64,000 nucleotides of DNA from Octopus sinensis (lineage: Eukaryota), in NCBI RefSeq assembly GCF_006345805.1, contig NC_042999.1:19096001-19160000 (forward strand). The letters run 5' to 3'. A program made the position numbers and the translations under genes. The notes under the pieces were generated by a model that was not told the origin of the DNA, did no database searches, and saw only the letters and a program-made list of their open reading frames with translations. Of the stretch, positions 62,338 to 64,000 are shown one piece after another. Within the stretch, counting starts at the first letter, position 1; the number at the start of each line of letters is the position of its first letter.

Positions 62338-63350
62338 GATGGAACAATTAAGAAATAGCAAAGCCGAGAATAATCAAGGAATCCTAAGAATTCATATCTT
62401 AGAAACAGTTGGCTAAGAAACGAGAAAATTAAGAGAACATTTATTTTCTTTAAATATATTTTAATTAATGTGTTAAACAGTGCAGTACTGTACTCCATAG
62501 AGTCTTAGCTAACTTAGCCAACACATATATACTCACGCACAGGTACAAATATATATATATATATTGGGTTGGTGCATAGTTATTGCGGCTTTTTTCAACA
62601 AATTTTAATGAGCAAAAGCAATAACAATATTCAATAAAAACATCTTTAAATGATGGTCTGACTGTCTGCCAAGCAAACGGGAAGCAGTAACAGAAGTAGA
62701 TGGTGAATATGCTCCGGAATAATCATTTAAAGATAGTTTTTGTTGCATGTTGTTATTGTTTGGGTTGAATAAACTTTGTTGGAAAAAAAACCGCAATAAT
62801 TATGGACCAACCTAATATATACATATATTTGTACTTGTGCGTGAATGTGTATGTATGTGTAATTTTGAAAATGCGTGTGAATACTTATGCGTATAAATAC
62901 ATACATACATGTATACATACATACATACATACATACATACATACATACATACATACATACAATAATTATTCGTGATATCGCGGTCCACCAATAACGCACT
63001 TAATACATAGCGGTTCACCTATCGCGCGCACAGTACTTCGCGGATTCTTCTGGCTAATATATGTAAATTTGTATATCGCCGCTTTCTGTGGCCGATAGGT
63101 ATTTATATTTTTTTAGATTTTAATTACTTCTGTGATAAAATAAACATTTTCACACCTAAAAATGAAAAAAATCAATAGCTAAATATAGAGTACAGTAGTG
63201 CACTGTATAACACATTAATTAAAATATATTTAAAGAAAATACATTTTCTTTTAATTTTCCCGTTTCTTGGCCAATTTTAACTAAGATATGAATTCTTAGA
63301 ATTTCTCCATTATTTCTCAGCTTTGCTATTTCTTAATTGTTCCATCATTA
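62334..63350. repeat. ~180-bp imperfect inverted repeats (62334-62512 / 63176-63350); possible long-TIR non-autonomous element
   Basis: taatgatggaacaattaagaaatagcaaagc...gtactgtactc matches its reverse complement closely; both outer ends sit in TA-rich sequence. Confidence 0.75.
62564..62815. mobile_element. Mariner-derived MITE (252 bp)
   Basis: TIRs ttgggttggtgcatagttattgcggc / ttaggttggtccataattattgcggt (Hsmar1/MADE1-like), TA flanks, and extra internal inverted blocks. Confidence 0.85.
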
Positions 63351-63835
63351 TTATATATTTAGAAACTTTAACTACTTTTCTCAAATTACTCTCAAAATAT
63401 ATATTCTAAAGAGCTGTTCTAATTATGTTTGCCTCATACTTTAATAAAAAGAATCAACTTAATTTCCTTGAGCTTCAAAATTAACCATTAAATATTTACA
63501 AACCTTATATAGCTTCATTTGCATATGTTTCAATGTTTAGCTCCCAATAATCTACTTAATTTACCTTAAAATATTCACACACCAATATATAGAAACAGGT
63601 ATTTTCACATTTATTTTTATTTAGCTTAGCACTTCATATACACAAACCTTTACTTATATCCGGGAATTTAGAAATATGAGTTCTAAAAGTGGGTTAAATA
63701 TAAAACATAATTTTCCCTCTAGCTGAATAAATTAAGTTACGAACACTAATTTACCAAACAAAATATCTAACACACTACGAATACTTTTGTTTAGTATCAT
63801 CATCATCATCATTATTATTATTATTATTATTATCA

Positions 63836-64000
63836 TTGAGTGAGAGAGCAGTGCATGCCATCAAAGTGACACTGGGGTAAAATATACGAAGCCCAATATA
63901 CTCATCATGACTACCCGTCTGATAAGGGTACACCAGGCACATGCATCACAACCATATGTACGTGACATGGTGATCTCATAACAAGATAAACAGCACAATA
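63836..64000 (-). mobile_element. 3' tail of an R4/Dong-like element abutting (ATT)n
   Basis: Reverse complement of 19951-20043. Confidence 0.6.

Noticed and set aside
62965-63050. Tigger/pogo-like TIR remnant (atcgcgg..ttcgcggatt)
   Set aside because: No partner TIR or TSD was found.

Overview
AT-rich, microsatellite-dense animal DNA, most likely an octopus or other coleoid cephalopod. This is inferred from the SINE families and (TA)n load and was not database-verified. The window is almost entirely intronic or intergenic and packed with mobile-element relics; no intact host gene could be recognised, only weak candidate exons. (1) At 46158-52017 there is a head-to-tail array of four copies of a ~1.75-kb non-LTR element on the minus strand. 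It encodes only a gag/ORF1-like protein (RRM-like region plus one CCHC knuckle, ~470 aa reconstructed) with no RT or endonuclease. In the stretch compared, differences between copies are mostly synonymous. The copies carry a covarying hairpin at the stop codon, and their 3' tail is shared with a tRNA-derived SINE at 40028-40260. (2) There are many Penelope-like terminal-repeat remnants beside (TA)n tracts. They carry type I hammerhead ribozyme motifs of several families, including a U3:A8 core variant, and often form fold-back palindromes, three of which have exactly 8-nt loops. (3) Also present: a 5'-truncated Penelope RT/GIY-YIG element; RTE and R4/Dong-like LINE fragments; DD41D and mariner derivatives; a hAT relic; non-autonomous Helitron-like elements; a tRNA-Ser(GCU) retrocopy; and many SINEs.
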